Below are positions 8,050 through 17,841 of a stretch of 18,981 bases of DNA, piece after piece. The stretch comes from a virus (Duplodnaviria; Heunggongvirae; Uroviricota; Caudoviricetes), in the IMG/VR virus record IMGVR_UViG_2558860274_000004, positions 1-18,981 of that record; one strand, 5' to 3'. The position numbers and the translations under genes were made by a program. The first letter of the stretch is position 1. The number at the start of each line of letters is the position of its first letter. The notes beneath the pieces are model-generated. The model saw only the letters and a program-made list of their open reading frames with translations, was not told the origin of the DNA and ran no database searches.

Positions 8050-8586
8050 ATGTCATTTATCAAAACTTTTTCCGGGAAGCATTTTTATTATGACAGGATA
8101 AATAAAGACGACATCGATATTAACGATATCGCGGTTTCCCTTTCAAATATCTGTCGCTTTGCCGGTCATCTTTCGCACTTCTACAGCGTCGCCCAACATG
8201 CGGTTCTTTGCAGCCAGCTGGTGCCGCAGGAATTTGCTTTTGAAGCGTTAATGCATGATGCAACAGAAGCGTATTGCCAGGACATTCCCGCACCACTGAA
8301 ACGCCTTCTTCCTGACTATAAACGGATGGAAGAAAAAATAGACGCCGTAATCCGTGAGAAATACGGGTTACCCCCGGTTATGAGTACACCCGTGAAATAT
8401 GCCGATCTCATCATGCTGGCAACCGAACGCCGCGATCTCGGGCTTGATGATGGCTCTTTCTGGCCTGTACTGGAAGGCATCCCGGCAACAGAGATGTTCA
8501 ACGTGATTCCACTGGCACCGGGCCATGCCTACGGGATGTTTATGGAACGTTTTAACGATTTATCGGAGTTACGCAAATGCGCATGA
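8050..8586 (+). CDS. HD-domain phosphohydrolase-like protein (YfdR-like, 178 aa)
   Basis: Probable start at ATG 8050 (GGAGA 6 nt upstream); ORF track begins at 8023. Candidate HD-type metal-binding residues in ...SHFYSVAQHAV...MHDATEAY... Stop overlaps the next gene start. Confidence 0.7.
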   Translation: MSFIKTFSGKHFYYDRINKDDIDINDIAVSLSNICRFAGHLSHFYSVAQHAVLCSQLVPQEFAFEALMHDATEAYCQDIPAPLKRLLPDYKRMEEKIDAVIREKYGLPPVMSTPVKYADLIMLATERRDLGLDDGSFWPVLEGIPATEMFNVIPLAPGHAYGMFMERFNDLSELRKCA

Positions 8587-8939
8587 ATGTTTTCGAAATG
8601 GAAGGGTTTCTTCGCGGGAAATGTGTACCGCGAGATCTGAAAGTGAACGAAACAAATGCTGAGTACCTGGTACGTAAATTCGACGCGCTTGAAGCTAAAT
8701 GTGCGGCACTGGAAAACAAAATAATACCAGTGTCAACTGAACTGCCACCAGCAAATGAAAGTGTTCTGTTATTTGATGCTAATGGAGAAGGCTGGCTGAT
8801 TGGCTGGCGTTCTCTCTGGTACACCTGGGGACAAAAAGAAACCGGAGAATGGCAGTGGACATTTCAGGTCGGGGACCTTGAAAACTTCAATATCACTCAC
8901 TGGGCAGTAATGCCCAAAGCGCCGGAGGCTGGAGCATAA
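8577..8939 (+). CDS. DUF551-type small prophage protein (YfdS-like, 120 aa)
   Basis: Start overlaps the preceding stop (ATGCGCATGA). C-terminal ITHWAVMPKAPE resembles the THWMPLPxPP signature of DUF551. Confidence 0.6.
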   Translation: MRMNVFEMEGFLRGKCVPRDLKVNETNAEYLVRKFDALEAKCAALENKIIPVSTELPPANESVLLFDANGEGWLIGWRSLWYTWGQKETGEWQWTFQVGDLENFNITHWAVMPKAPEAGA

Positions 8940-9451
8940 TGACCACATTTACCAATAAAGAACTGATTAAAGAAATCAAAGAACGAATCAGCAGCCTAGA
9001 GGTTCGAGACGATATTGAGCGCCGTGCTTATGAAATTGCTCTGGCATCGCTGGAAGAGGAGCCGGTGGCATGGCTGCATTCAGACAATGGCTTAGGTATT
9101 CCGGCAATAACCAGGAGCAAAAACATTGCTGACAGTTGGTTATCAATGGGCTGGTATGTTCAGCCGCTATATATAGCCAAGCCAGTACTGGTGGTGCCAG
9201 ATGCTCGTCCGTCTTTAAATAATGGCATAGTCGGTTTTGATGAAGGCTGGAACGCCTGCCGCGCTACCATGCTTCATGGTGCCAAACCTGTAAGCCAGAC
9301 TTACAAGTTGAACAAGCTGTCGGGCAACTCTCCGGTAACTCAGGATGGTTGGATAAGCTGTAGTGAGCGAATGCCGAACGATAAACAGTATGTTTGGTGT
9401 TGGGGTAAGTCTTACGGCTGGACTGAGTGCGATACCTTCGAAGGGTATTAG
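8939..9451 (+). pseudogene. 5' portion (170 codons) of an Ead/DUF551-type gene interrupted by IS66-family insertion
   Basis: ORF ends at a TAG created at the insertion junction (ta from host plus g from the IS end). The reading frame resumes after the IS at 11992 and ends with VTHWMPLPEPPQEVK, the DUF551 signature. Confidence 0.7.
9443..9450. repeat. 8-bp target-site duplication (gggtatta), left copy, IS66-family element
   Basis: Identical to 11983-11990, immediately flanking the IS ends. Confidence 0.85.
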
Positions 9452-9535
9452 TAAGCGTAAACTGACCGCCGTATGTAGCCATCAGACGAGAATTGGTAAC
9501 TTAGACGCCCATCTGATATAGACGGACATCTAAGT

Positions 9536-9961
9536 ATGGAATTACAGGACTGGCGAAAAGAACCTCGTAAAAACTATTCGAATGAATTCAAACTTCGTAT
9601 GGTGGAACTGGCATCACAACCTGGAGCTTGTGTTGCACAGATTGCACGTGAAAATGGCGTCAATGATAATGTTATTTTCAAATGGCTCAGGCTCTGGCAG
9701 AACGAAGGGCGTGTTTCGCGGCGTCTTCCGGTAACGACCTCTTCTGACACTGGCGTTGAATTATTACCTGTAGAAATAACGCCGGATGAGCAGAAAGAAC
9801 CTGTGGCGGCCATTGCGCCGTCTTTATCCACTTCCACTCAGACCAGAGTCAGTGCCAGTTCCTGCAAGGTGGAATTCCGTCACGGCAACATGACGCTGGA
9901 AAATCCATCGCCAGAGCTGCTCACAGTGTTGATCCGTGAACTGACCGGGAGGGGAAGATGA
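9536..9961 (+). CDS. tnpA: IS66-family accessory protein TnpA (orf1)
   Basis: 141-aa ORF with HTH-like N-terminus (NYSNEFKLRMVELASQPGACVAQIARENGV), first gene in the IS, overlapping tnpB by 4 nt. Confidence 0.8.
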   Translation: MELQDWRKEPRKNYSNEFKLRMVELASQPGACVAQIARENGVNDNVIFKWLRLWQNEGRVSRRLPVTTSSDTGVELLPVEITPDEQKEPVAAIAPSLSTSTQTRVSASSCKVEFRHGNMTLENPSPELLTVLIRELTGRGR

Positions 9962-10308
9962 TCTCACTCCCATCAGGTACCCGTATCTGGCTCGTTGCCG
10001 GCGTTACCGATATGCGTAAATCCTTCAACGGACTGGGAGAACAGGTACAACATGTGCTGAATGATAATCCCTTCTCCGGTCACCTGTTTATCTTCCGTGG
10101 CCGACGGGGTGACACCGTCAAAATTCTTTGGGCTGATGCTGATGGTCTGTGCCTGTTCACCAAACGCCTGGAGGAAGGCCAGTTTATCTGGCCTGCGGTA
10201 CGTGACGGCAAGGTATCCATTACCCGCTCGCAACTGGCAATGCTCCTCGATAAGCTGGACTGGCGTCAGCCAAAAACATCCAGCCGTAACTCACTGACAA
10301 TGTTGTAA
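9958..10308 (+). CDS. tnpB: IS66-family TnpB (orf2)
   Basis: 116-aa ORF (LPSGTRIWLVAGVTDMRKSFNGL...) in the characteristic middle position of IS66 elements. Confidence 0.8.
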   Translation: MISLPSGTRIWLVAGVTDMRKSFNGLGEQVQHVLNDNPFSGHLFIFRGRRGDTVKILWADADGLCLFTKRLEEGQFIWPAVRDGKVSITRSQLAMLLDKLDWRQPKTSSRNSLTML

Positions 10309-10338
10309 AAAACTCCTGACCGCATTATAAAAACGGTC

Positions 10339-11952
10339 ATGAGTCAGAAATACCTCATTCGCATCGCAGAGCTGGAAAGGTTGCTCTCTGAGCAGGCTGA
10401 AGCCCTCCGTCAGAAAGACCAGCAACTGAGTCTGGTTGAAGAGACGGAAGCCTTCCTGCGCTCTGCACTGACACGTGCCGAAGAAAAGATCGAAGAAGAT
10501 GAACGGGAAATAGAACATCTGCGGGCTCAGATAGAAAAACTGCGCCGGATGCTGTTCGGTACCCGTTCTGAAAAACTGCGTCGTGAAGTTGAACTGGCTG
10601 AGGCTCTGCTGAAACAACGTGAACAGGACAGCGATCGTTACAGTGGGCGGGAAGACGATCCTCAGGTTCCCCGCCAGTTGCGACAGTCGCGCCATCGTCG
10701 TCCGTTACCGGCACACCTTCCCCGTGAAATACACCGCCTGGAGCCAGAAGAAAGCTGTTGCCCGGAGTGTGGCGGTGAGCTGGATTATCTGGGGGAAGTC
10801 AGCGCTGAACAGCTGGAACTGGTGAGCAGTGCCCTGAAAGTGATCCGCACAGAACGGGTAAAAAAAGCCTGTACAAAATGTGACTGTATTGTTGAAGCAC
10901 CGGCGCCGTCCCGCCCGATAGAGCGTGGTATCGCGGGCCCCGGATTACTTGCCCGCGTGTTAACGGGAAAATACTGCGAACATCTGCCACTGTATCGTCA
11001 GAGTGAAATCTTTGCCCGCCAGGGTGTCGAACTGAGCCGGGCCTTACTCTCCAACTGGGTTGACGCGTGCTGCCAGTTAATGACACCGGTGAATGATGCC
11101 CTGTACCGTTATGTAATGAACACCCGCAAGGTTCACACTGATGACACACCGGTAAAGGTACTGGCACCGGGTCAGAAAAAGGCGAAAACAGGGCGTATCT
11201 GGACGTATGTCCGGGATGATCGCAATGTGGGTTCGTCATCTCCTCCAGCGGTCTGGTTCGCGTACTCGCCGAACCGGCAGGGGAAACACCCGGAGCAACA
11301 CCTCCGCCCCTTCCGGGGTATCCTGCAGGCGGATGCGTTCACAGGTTACGACAGGTTGTTCAGTGCAGGACGTGAAGGTGGTGCACTGACAGAAGTTGCG
11401 TGCTGGGCCCATGCCCGGCGAAAAATCCACGATGTATACATCAGCAGCAAAAGTGCGACGGCAGAAGAAGCACTGAAGCGAATCAGTGAACTGTACGCCA
11501 TCGAGGATGAAATACGGGGATTACCGGAGTCAGAGCGTCTTGCCGTCAGGCAGCAGCGAAGCAAAGTGTTACTGACGTCGCTGCATGAATGGATGGTGGA
11601 GAAGAATGGTACGCTGTCGAAAAAATCCAGACTGGGCGAAGCGTTCAGCTATGTACTGAATCAGTGGGATGCCCTCTGTTATTACAGTGATGACGGTCTG
11701 GCGGAGGCGGATAATAATGCTGCGGAAAGAGCGCTTCGTGCAGTCTGTCTCGGAAAGAAAAACTTTATGTTCTTTGGCAGCGATCACGGCGGCGAGCGTG
11801 GAGCACTGTTGTACGGGCTGATCGGCACCTGCCGTCTGAACGGTATCGATCCGGAAGCGTATCTGCGCCATATCCTGAGCGTACTGCCGGAATGGCCTTC
11901 CAACCGAGTTGATGAACTCCTGCCATGGAACGTAGTACTCACCAATAAATAA
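10339..11952 (+). CDS. tnpC: IS66-family transposase TnpC (orf3)
   Basis: 537-aa ORF with N-terminal coiled-coil/leucine-zipper region, CxxC...CxxC zinc-finger-like motif (CCPECGGEL...CTKCDC) and a C-terminal catalytic region, as in IS66 transposases. Confidence 0.85.
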   Translation: MSQKYLIRIAELERLLSEQAEALRQKDQQLSLVEETEAFLRSALTRAEEKIEEDEREIEHLRAQIEKLRRMLFGTRSEKLRREVELAEALLKQREQDSDRYSGREDDPQVPRQLRQSRHRRPLPAHLPREIHRLEPEESCCPECGGELDYLGEVSAEQLELVSSALKVIRTERVKKACTKCDCIVEAPAPSRPIERGIAGPGLLARVLTGKYCEHLPLYRQSEIFARQGVELSRALLSNWVDACCQLMTPVNDALYRYVMNTRKVHTDDTPVKVLAPGQKKAKTGRIWTYVRDDRNVGSSSPPAVWFAYSPNRQGKHPEQHLRPFRGILQADAFTGYDRLFSAGREGGALTEVACWAHARRKIHDVYISSKSATAEEALKRISELYAIEDEIRGLPESERLAVRQQRSKVLLTSLHEWMVEKNGTLSKKSRLGEAFSYVLNQWDALCYYSDDGLAEADNNAAERALRAVCLGKKNFMFFGSDHGGERGALLYGLIGTCRLNGIDPEAYLRHILSVLPEWPSNRVDELLPWNVVLTNK

Positions 11953-11982
11953 GCGTCAATACGGTGCTCCGTTGACGCTTAC

Positions 11983-11990
11983 GGGTATTA
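11983..11990. repeat. 8-bp target-site duplication (gggtatta), right copy, IS66-family element
   Basis: Identical to 9443-9450. Confidence 0.85.
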
Positions 11991-11991
11991 C

Positions 11992-12099
11992 GATTGGTCG
12001 AGAAACAAATGGTGGGCAGTTACTGACGATGGGGAAGAACCGGCATCGAAAGTAACCCACTGGATGCCGCTACCGGAGCCACCGCAGGAGGTGAAGTAA
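11992..12099 (+). pseudogene. 3' portion of the IS66-interrupted DUF551-type gene
   Basis: In frame with 8939..9450 once the IS and one TSD copy are removed: ...EGY-Y-DWSRNKWWAVTDDGEEPASKVTHWMPLPEPPQEVK, stop TAA at 12097-12099. Confidence 0.7.
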
Positions 12100-12293
12100 T
12101 GAACAACTTAATGACAACTAAACAAGTCGCCGACTTCTGTGGCGTTTCAGTATCGACCGTTCTTCGCTGGAACAGCGTAAACAGGAGAACTGGCCAGAAA
12201 TACAGGCCTGACTTTCCAGATCCTGATATTAAATCCTGCCCAAATAAATGGGCATCACGCAAGATATACAGGTTTGCTGGAGTTATTGAGTGA
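12099..12293 (+). CDS. small HTH DNA-binding protein, AlpA/excisionase-like (64 aa)
   Basis: ATG overlaps the preceding stop (TAATG). TTKQVADFCGVSVSTVLRW resembles the HTH of AlpA/Xis-type prophage regulators. Assignment from motif only. Confidence 0.5.
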   Translation: MNNLMTTKQVADFCGVSVSTVLRWNSVNRRTGQKYRPDFPDPDIKSCPNKWASRKIYRFAGVIE

Positions 12294-12359
12294 TGGGTAT
12301 TAGCTCATATCAGAACTAATACCCATCAATGACACAGAGCCAACTACCCACCCTGTGTC
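12291..12359. terminator. two hairpins between convergent AlpA-like and SIR2 genes
   Basis: tgatgggtattag (12291-12303), 12-nt loop, ctaatacccatca (12316-12328): perfect 13-bp stem. Second dyad gacacag (12331-12337) / ctgtgtc (12353-12359). No clear U-tract, so possibly a recombination or protein-binding dyad rather than a terminator. Confidence 0.4.
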
Positions 12360-12495
12360 AGGGGCTAACTTTTAACACCATAATTCACCGCTAGATAAAA
12401 ACTGTATTGCATTGCACGAGCGGCGCAGCATTATCAGTTAGAGTGTCTTTACCTTGTTAGGCTCCACAGTTCGCACTGTCCAACGCCTGTCACTT

Positions 12496-15400
12496 TCACA
12501 CGCTGCGCCTTCGAGAATATTCATTTAATCGCTGATAACGAACATCTTGCTCCAGTTGTGGAGCAGCTTGAACAATTTGAAGCAAGCATTGCCCCAACTC
12601 TCGAGGCCCCCAGTGTTGTTCGGCAATCACGGCATTCAGCAGGGATAGAGCGTCCGCAGGATATCGGCTGCAAATATCTGATTCTAGCAAAAGGCGAACG
12701 TCGTAGCTAAGGTGTTCGAGCGGTTGCAGCCAGTCCTGCACCACTGCCAAAGCCGCCGGAAATTCACCTCGGGCAGCAATCACCATACGAGTCAACGATT
12801 CGGATATGCGTGGGGTGGCCAAGTTGCGGGACTTTGGCCAAACCTGTTGCCAAAATGGCTGGACACGATTTTTCCAATACTCCTCGCGCTGATCGCCCGC
12901 ACCTTCAAGTGCCTGGTATAACGCCTGCGCGGCTACCTCCAGACCTTCTTGTGGAAGAGCACTAATTGCCGTTCGGAACTCCTCCACGGTATATCCCTCG
13001 GTAGGGCCCAGAGCTGCATAAGTCAGGAAAATAGCGAATTGCTGCCGGTGCTCGCCAAGATCAGAATAGTGATTGGCGCTCTCCAAAAAATCTGACTTGA
13101 AAGCTATCAGCAACGGTTCATACAGGCGTGGCGACCAGAGGAAGCCTTCCCACACAGCTTTTGCTTCGACGGGATTACTCCAAGCAAACAAGGGCAATAG
13201 ATACTGTTCGGTCCAAGGTCGATCTACGCGAAAAAATGCGATCAGCCGCGACCCCAGCAACACCCGACCATGGCGGAATAGCTCTATCTGTACATTACAC
13301 AATTTGGTGAAAAGTGTTTTCAATTCAACAGGAAGCAAATCATTGTCATTCGGGTTCTGTTTGAACCATAGGGTGATCAGTGATTGCGTGACATGCCCAA
13401 TGGGATGATTGATCGCCGTAGAAACAGGATCATAGGTCTCAATTCCGTTTCGAATGGTGCTAGACTCTGGGCTTGTTTCTATCATCAGAACCCGACGACA
13501 AAGGGCCAGTAGAATCTCCTCGTGGCAGAGGATGGTCTTCGAAGCCTCCTCCATCCACCAAGTGACAGCGTGGGAAATCTCCTGAAGTACTGCGTCAGGC
13601 ATGTCAAGCACCAACGGTGCGGCGTACCGCCACGAACGCATAATCATCCCTGGTTCAGCCCAAGTCTGCAGAGCTTCACGCCACCGACCAACAGGCCACA
13701 CATCATCTTGTGATAGTTTACGTAACGCATACAGACTGTGAAAAAAGCGCGTACGGCAAACATCACTCCAAGTGTCCTCATAGAAAGGCAGTCTTTCTGG
13801 CATAGGCTTTGCGAGCCATTGCACTAATTCCTGCCACTTACGGGGCGCAATGTCGACATCTATACTCTCCTCGAAGCCTGGATCACCGGTTCCGCTCATC
13901 CAGTGAGAGAATTCATCACGCTCGTTGGTTGCCAGTTGCCATTTTGGGTATGCTGTGGATATTTCCGTCAAACGTGTAGCCGCAGACTCTCCCAAAACAA
14001 GGCCCGCTCCCCTGAGCTTCGCTAGACACAACCAGACGGAATGAGCCACCAAATAATGCCACCTGTCTGCTTCCAAATTATCCTCGTACATCTCGCGCGG
14101 AGGCCCTGCCAAGATAGCAGTTTCCAGACGCTCTTGTGCAATTCCTGTCAGATGTCGTCCCTGCAAAACAAACAGTCTGAATACCTCTCGCCGAGTATCC
14201 GTGGCCCACAACCACCATGAACCGTCCTCTAACAACCAATTAACCCACCGCTCAGGTGGTATGCAGTTGTCTTGGCTTGCGGCAAACAGTGCCAGACGTT
14301 TGAAGGTGGGATATGGCAACTCAAACCAATTCTGAGCAATGCGCGAGGCCTGATCGCTGTCTTTGGCTCGAACGGCTAACCATGAATCCCGAAGTAATTC
14401 AATCAGGCTCACCCAATCGCGGAACCCCCGGTTCTGCCAGTGCGGAGTGATGGACGGCAAATCCCAATGCGAGCGGTCGTGACGATCGTCGGACTCTCCC
14501 AACTCCCGCAACAAGTCCAGTGCATCACGCAACAACTGCTGAAAATCTTCCAACAGGTATGGCAAGGACGATTTCCATGACTCGTCAGCAAGGTCGAACA
14601 GGGTTGAACGTACGTAATCAGCAGTCAGCACCAGCTCCCAATCCACCAATTGCTTGATTCGCAAGGGTTCATCAGTGCTGCTCGAATCGTCTTCACTATA
14701 GCGAAACGGCCGCCTCAACATAACCTTGGGAGAAAGCAACTCGCGTAACTCCAAGCGCAATGTAGTCGTCAAGCCTTCATTCTTTAAGCGGTTTTGCCAA
14801 CGATACAAATCCAGGTTCTGCAATGGCGATTTCACACGACCACTAAGCAGAAGCCGCCATAAAGTAGACATAGGTGGACCAGGAATAGCCAGGGGGGAAT
14901 GCAAGAGAATTTCATCTAACTCAGAAGTCTTACGCTCCCGCATCAGTGCTGCTAAGCGATCTAGTTCGCTCTCAATCAGAAACATCCAACGGTCGTGTAT
15001 TTGTCCGCCGCGTTCAGCAATCCATATGATCAACCTAGGGTCGCCCAGATAACGAACTAGCCAACGGGCTATATGGGACATTACGTCATCCCATTTGCTA
15101 GCACTGACACATCCAGAAACCAGCGACATCTGCGGGGCCAGCTCATAGGGCGCAGGACGCTGAACCAGACTGAATCGGAGTTTCGGGTCAATTTCGACAT
15201 GCGGAGATACACAAAAGCGTGGCAGATCGCTGTATTTAAATCGTTCGTCCGAGAAAGCTTTCAATAACCAATCCAGCGGCGGTGCAGGATTGAGTTCCGC
15301 AAAGCGTTTTGCTGGTAAACCTGATTTATCTGACAAGGCCCACAACATCCGACCAACGAAATCGTCCTGACGAGTGCTGTCCTGCGGGCGGGCCAGAGCA

Positions 15401-16323
15401 TGTTTGACGACTATAGCCTCTTTGCCCTGTATACCATCTCGATAAGTATCTGCCCAAGCGTGCAACGTTTGATGCAGCACTGAATGATCAGTGGAGCCCG
15501 CCGGTACGGTGTAAAGGATAGGAGTGACCCCTTTGGCCTCCCACTCGATGGCTTTCCGGTGCTCCTGCCCCGGCTCACACTCCCCCAGTGCCCATACTTG
15601 TGGTGTGACTTCACCGAGCCTCCGATCTGCTGCAAGCGCATCCATCATGTAGCGCAGTACCGGGTCGTTGATGCTGTAGCCAACGAAGCAGACCACATAG
15701 TTACGAAATAACTCACTCACAAAGCGAGCTGCCCAACGCTCAGTGAGATAAGCCAAGCCAAAGTCACCGCTGGTAACAACCAGACGATTCAGGGCAGTAT
15801 CATCCGCCTTTTCCGGTAACAGCCCATGCAGGTATACAAGTCCATCCCAGCGGCTGTTTTTTGGAATTGGCAGCATCGGCGCTACATAGGCCTGAAAAGC
15901 CTGGCCTGTACGTTTAGCTGCCACATGAAAGAGACGGTCAAAGTTGGTAGTGACCAATCGAAGGGCACCCTCGCGGCTACGGGCTAAACGTAACAGCGCC
16001 GCCTGAGTATCAATAGCGCCCCTACGACGGAGCTTTGGCTTAAGGGCTTTTTCCAACGCGCGTCGGACGGCTATACGCTGCCCTGGTAAGCGCCGTTCCA
16101 GCAAATCTAATGTGCCGTCAAATTGCCCACGCTCGAAAACCTCACGCTCAATTTCTGAAAGTGTTGTTCCGTTCCTCTGGTAAATTAGTTCTACCAACCC
16201 TTTGAAACCAGGTAAACCAGCAGGGTAGGAAATGCCTGCTCCACAGAAGAACACAACGCGCCCTTCCTCGTGCGCCTGCAAAAGCTCATCAGGAATATCA
16301 GGGCCGTTGGTAATGAATTGCAT
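12496..16323 (-). CDS. large SIR2-domain protein (1275 aa): N-terminal SIR2-like NAD+-binding domain plus unassigned C-terminal helical region; candidate single-gene anti-phage defence
   Basis: AGGAGG Shine-Dalgarno 7-8 nt upstream of ATG at 16323. N-terminal motifs VVFFCGAGISYPAGLPGF (GAGIS NAD-binding loop), LVTTNFDRLFH (TQNID-like with catalytic Asn) and VYLHGLL (catalytic His-Gly). No Walker A (GxxxxGK[ST]) found by eye. C-terminal 1000 aa is Leu/Trp/Arg-rich and looks helical-repeat-like. Confidence 0.85.
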   Translation of the reverse strand: MQFITNGPDIPDELLQAHEEGRVVFFCGAGISYPAGLPGFKGLVELIYQRNGTTLSEIEREVFERGQFDGTLDLLERRLPGQRIAVRRALEKALKPKLRRRGAIDTQAALLRLARSREGALRLVTTNFDRLFHVAAKRTGQAFQAYVAPMLPIPKNSRWDGLVYLHGLLPEKADDTALNRLVVTSGDFGLAYLTERWAARFVSELFRNYVVCFVGYSINDPVLRYMMDALAADRRLGEVTPQVWALGECEPGQEHRKAIEWEAKGVTPILYTVPAGSTDHSVLHQTLHAWADTYRDGIQGKEAIVVKHALARPQDSTRQDDFVGRMLWALSDKSGLPAKRFAELNPAPPLDWLLKAFSDERFKYSDLPRFCVSPHVEIDPKLRFSLVQRPAPYELAPQMSLVSGCVSASKWDDVMSHIARWLVRYLGDPRLIIWIAERGGQIHDRWMFLIESELDRLAALMRERKTSELDEILLHSPLAIPGPPMSTLWRLLLSGRVKSPLQNLDLYRWQNRLKNEGLTTTLRLELRELLSPKVMLRRPFRYSEDDSSSTDEPLRIKQLVDWELVLTADYVRSTLFDLADESWKSSLPYLLEDFQQLLRDALDLLRELGESDDRHDRSHWDLPSITPHWQNRGFRDWVSLIELLRDSWLAVRAKDSDQASRIAQNWFELPYPTFKRLALFAASQDNCIPPERWVNWLLEDGSWWLWATDTRREVFRLFVLQGRHLTGIAQERLETAILAGPPREMYEDNLEADRWHYLVAHSVWLCLAKLRGAGLVLGESAATRLTEISTAYPKWQLATNERDEFSHWMSGTGDPGFEESIDVDIAPRKWQELVQWLAKPMPERLPFYEDTWSDVCRTRFFHSLYALRKLSQDDVWPVGRWREALQTWAEPGMIMRSWRYAAPLVLDMPDAVLQEISHAVTWWMEEASKTILCHEEILLALCRRVLMIETSPESSTIRNGIETYDPVSTAINHPIGHVTQSLITLWFKQNPNDNDLLPVELKTLFTKLCNVQIELFRHGRVLLGSRLIAFFRVDRPWTEQYLLPLFAWSNPVEAKAVWEGFLWSPRLYEPLLIAFKSDFLESANHYSDLGEHRQQFAIFLTYAALGPTEGYTVEEFRTAISALPQEGLEVAAQALYQALEGAGDQREEYWKNRVQPFWQQVWPKSRNLATPRISESLTRMVIAARGEFPAALAVVQDWLQPLEHLSYDVRLLLESDICSRYPADALSLLNAVIAEQHWGPRELGQCLLQIVQAAPQLEQDVRYQRLNEYSRRRSV

Positions 16324-16505
16324 TCCTTTTCCTCCTATCCAATGTGCACGTTCATTCGAGTAAATGAAGGCAAGGGGTTACATCTTATTATACCGACCGT
16401 GCAAATCCGGCTTCCTAGCAAGCTACTTTACTTGCCAACTCATAATGTCCGAACTCCGAACAAAGCGGACTGCTAGATTTGATTGCGTTCTAGCTACGCA
16501 AAATA

Positions 16506-16608
16506 TCATTTCGAGCCTGAACGAGTACAAGTAACAATCGATTCAACTCTCTCCCACCATGCCTGGTAGGCTTTACGCTGTTCTTCTAGATAATCACTCT
16601 TGTCATAA
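16506..16608 (-). pseudogene. int: displaced 3' end of the integrase gene (encodes the C-terminal 34 residues)
   Basis: Removing the IS3-family element and one copy of its TAA duplication restores the integrase frame: ...LPGVWQVY-DKSDYLEEQRKAYQAWWERVESIVTCTRSGSK, stop TGA at 16506-16508. This is a typical P4-type integrase C-terminal tail. Confidence 0.75.
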
Positions 16609-16616
16609 TGTAGTGG

Positions 16617-17785
<1,169 letters not shown>

Positions 17786-17841
17786 TGGAGCACCTGTGTT
17801 GTTCTGAGGTGAGCATATCACCTCTGTTCAGGTGGCCAAAT

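Larger units (their letters stand above)
9451..11982 (+). mobile_element. IS66-family insertion sequence (about 2.5 kb) with three ORFs, imperfect terminal inverted repeats and 8-bp TSD
   Basis: Ends GTAAGCGTAAACTGACCGCCGTATG (left) and GTAAGCGTCAACGGAGCACCGTAT (right, reverse complement). Three ORFs typical of IS66 (tnpA, tnpB, tnpC). Flanked by direct repeat gggtatta. Confidence 0.9.

Noticed and set aside
10291-11871. Minus-strand ORFs inside the IS66 transposase gene (e.g. 10291..10695, 10799..11239, 11569..11871)
   Set aside because: Antisense to a well-supported transposase ORF; no independent support.
12360-12495. Possible terminator for the SIR2 gene (T-run on the minus strand around 12397-12401)
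   Set aside because: I could not identify a convincing stem immediately upstream of the T-run on the minus strand, so it is not called.
12712-15267. Several 60-110-aa plus-strand ORFs (e.g. 12712..12921, 13073..13408, 14726..15052) inside the SIR2 gene region
   Set aside because: All are antisense to a single uninterrupted 1275-aa ORF with strong ribosome-binding site and recognisable domain motifs; typical shadow ORFs.
12496-16323. Possibility that the SIR2 protein is a STAND/Avs-type NTPase fusion
   Set aside because: I found no Walker A (GxxxxGK[ST]) motif in the translation by eye; this needs a profile search to confirm.
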